Source of the DNA: an uncultured Chloroflexia bacterium
GTDB taxonomy: Bacteria; Chloroflexota; Limnocylindria; Limnocylindrales; CSP1-4
Assembly (NCBI GenBank): GCA_963741915.1
Contig: CAVUJW010000013.1
Coordinates: 651,791 to 715,790, forward strand
DNA: 64,000 bases
Direction of reading: 5' to 3'
Shown here piece by piece: positions 63,552 through 64,000 of the stretch (position 1 is the stretch's first letter; each line of letters begins with the position of its first letter). Position numbers and translations under genes: made by a program. The notes beneath the pieces were generated by a model. That model did not search any database, was not told where the DNA came from, and saw only the letters and a list, made by a program, of their open reading frames with translations.

Positions 63552-64000
63552 GCGGGGTCCTTTCGGTCAGGCGGGGAGGTGCGCCGCGACGGGTCACGGC
63601 CTCCGGAGAGTCGGGTCGGCAACAGGAGCGCGTCGGGAGCGAGGCGGACCACGGCCGCGTTGAGCGCCGTCGAGCGCCGCGCGCACGTGGGCCAGGCCGT
63701 CGTCGTCGAGCAGGTCGAGCAGCTCTCGCATCTGGCGGGCGTTGAGCTCGCGGAACCGGTCGATGAACGCGCCACCCGCGGCCGTCAGGGCGACGACCAC
63801 CTGGCGCCGGTCGGCCGGGTCCTCGTGGCGGGTCACCAGCCCGTGATCGACCACTCGGTCGACCAACCCGCTGACCGTGGACAGCGAGACGCCCAGCCGC
63901 TGGACCAGGTCCGACATGTGGAGCTCCCCGGCGGCGCCGAGCAGGTACAGCAGCTTGGCCTGGGGCATGGTCACGTCGATCTCGAGGAACTCCGGGGCGT
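63548..64000 (-). CDS. MarR-family regulator; N-terminus lies outside the window and the C-terminal frame is ambiguous
   Basis: The ORF 63594-63974 frame stays open to the right edge (..TMPQAKLLYLLG..LSTVSGLVDRVVDHGLVTR..DRRQVVV). An alternative C-terminal frame (ORF 63548-63775) ends in an ATGA overlap with the RND start. Confidence 0.7.

Overview
Very GC-rich (by eye, not computed), gene-dense chromosomal segment. The gene content looks actinobacterial, but I cannot assign a taxon. I saw no rRNA, tRNA, CRISPR array, transposase, integrase or obvious defence genes. All family calls come from reading motifs in the translations; no database search was possible.

Layout:
- 1-16.5 kb: a redox block. 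It holds a partial Zn-ADH, a group-3-type [NiFe]-hydrogenase operon headed by a cNMP-binding protein, an EamA transporter, a CBS protein, a multiply frame-broken P-type ATPase, a four-subunit 2-oxoacid:ferredoxin oxidoreductase, a YbaK-like deacylase and two paralogous small proteins.
- 16.5-17.2 kb: a repeat-rich gap containing a 59-bp x4 minisatellite.
- 17.2-20.4 kb: an ArsR / DsrE / TusA / DsrE-like / TusA / SQR-like sulfur-relay cluster with five frame breaks.
- 20.4-51.7 kb: an aminotransferase followed by a large carbohydrate region. It contains GH4, a PHP-domain protein, GH13, GH2, GH125, CUT1 ABC parts, three GntR regulators and oxidative sugar-acid enzymes.
- 51.7-64 kb: an ABC-2 exporter, a P450, a TetR/MMPL pair, a phosphotriesterase-like gene, OsmC and a MarR/RND pair.

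Most notable observations:
1. A conserved ~30-bp promoter-like module with an 11-bp-phased GGTTCA direct repeat sits in front of six sugar/P450 genes.
2. Many apparently leaderless genes have a -10 box exactly 6 nt from the start codon. One is a 10-codon uORF fused to the aminotransferase start.
3. About 22 clustered frame disruptions fall in 9 genes. These are either pseudogenes or consensus indel errors.
4. A small aeRF1-like gene is coupled to the YbaK-like gene.
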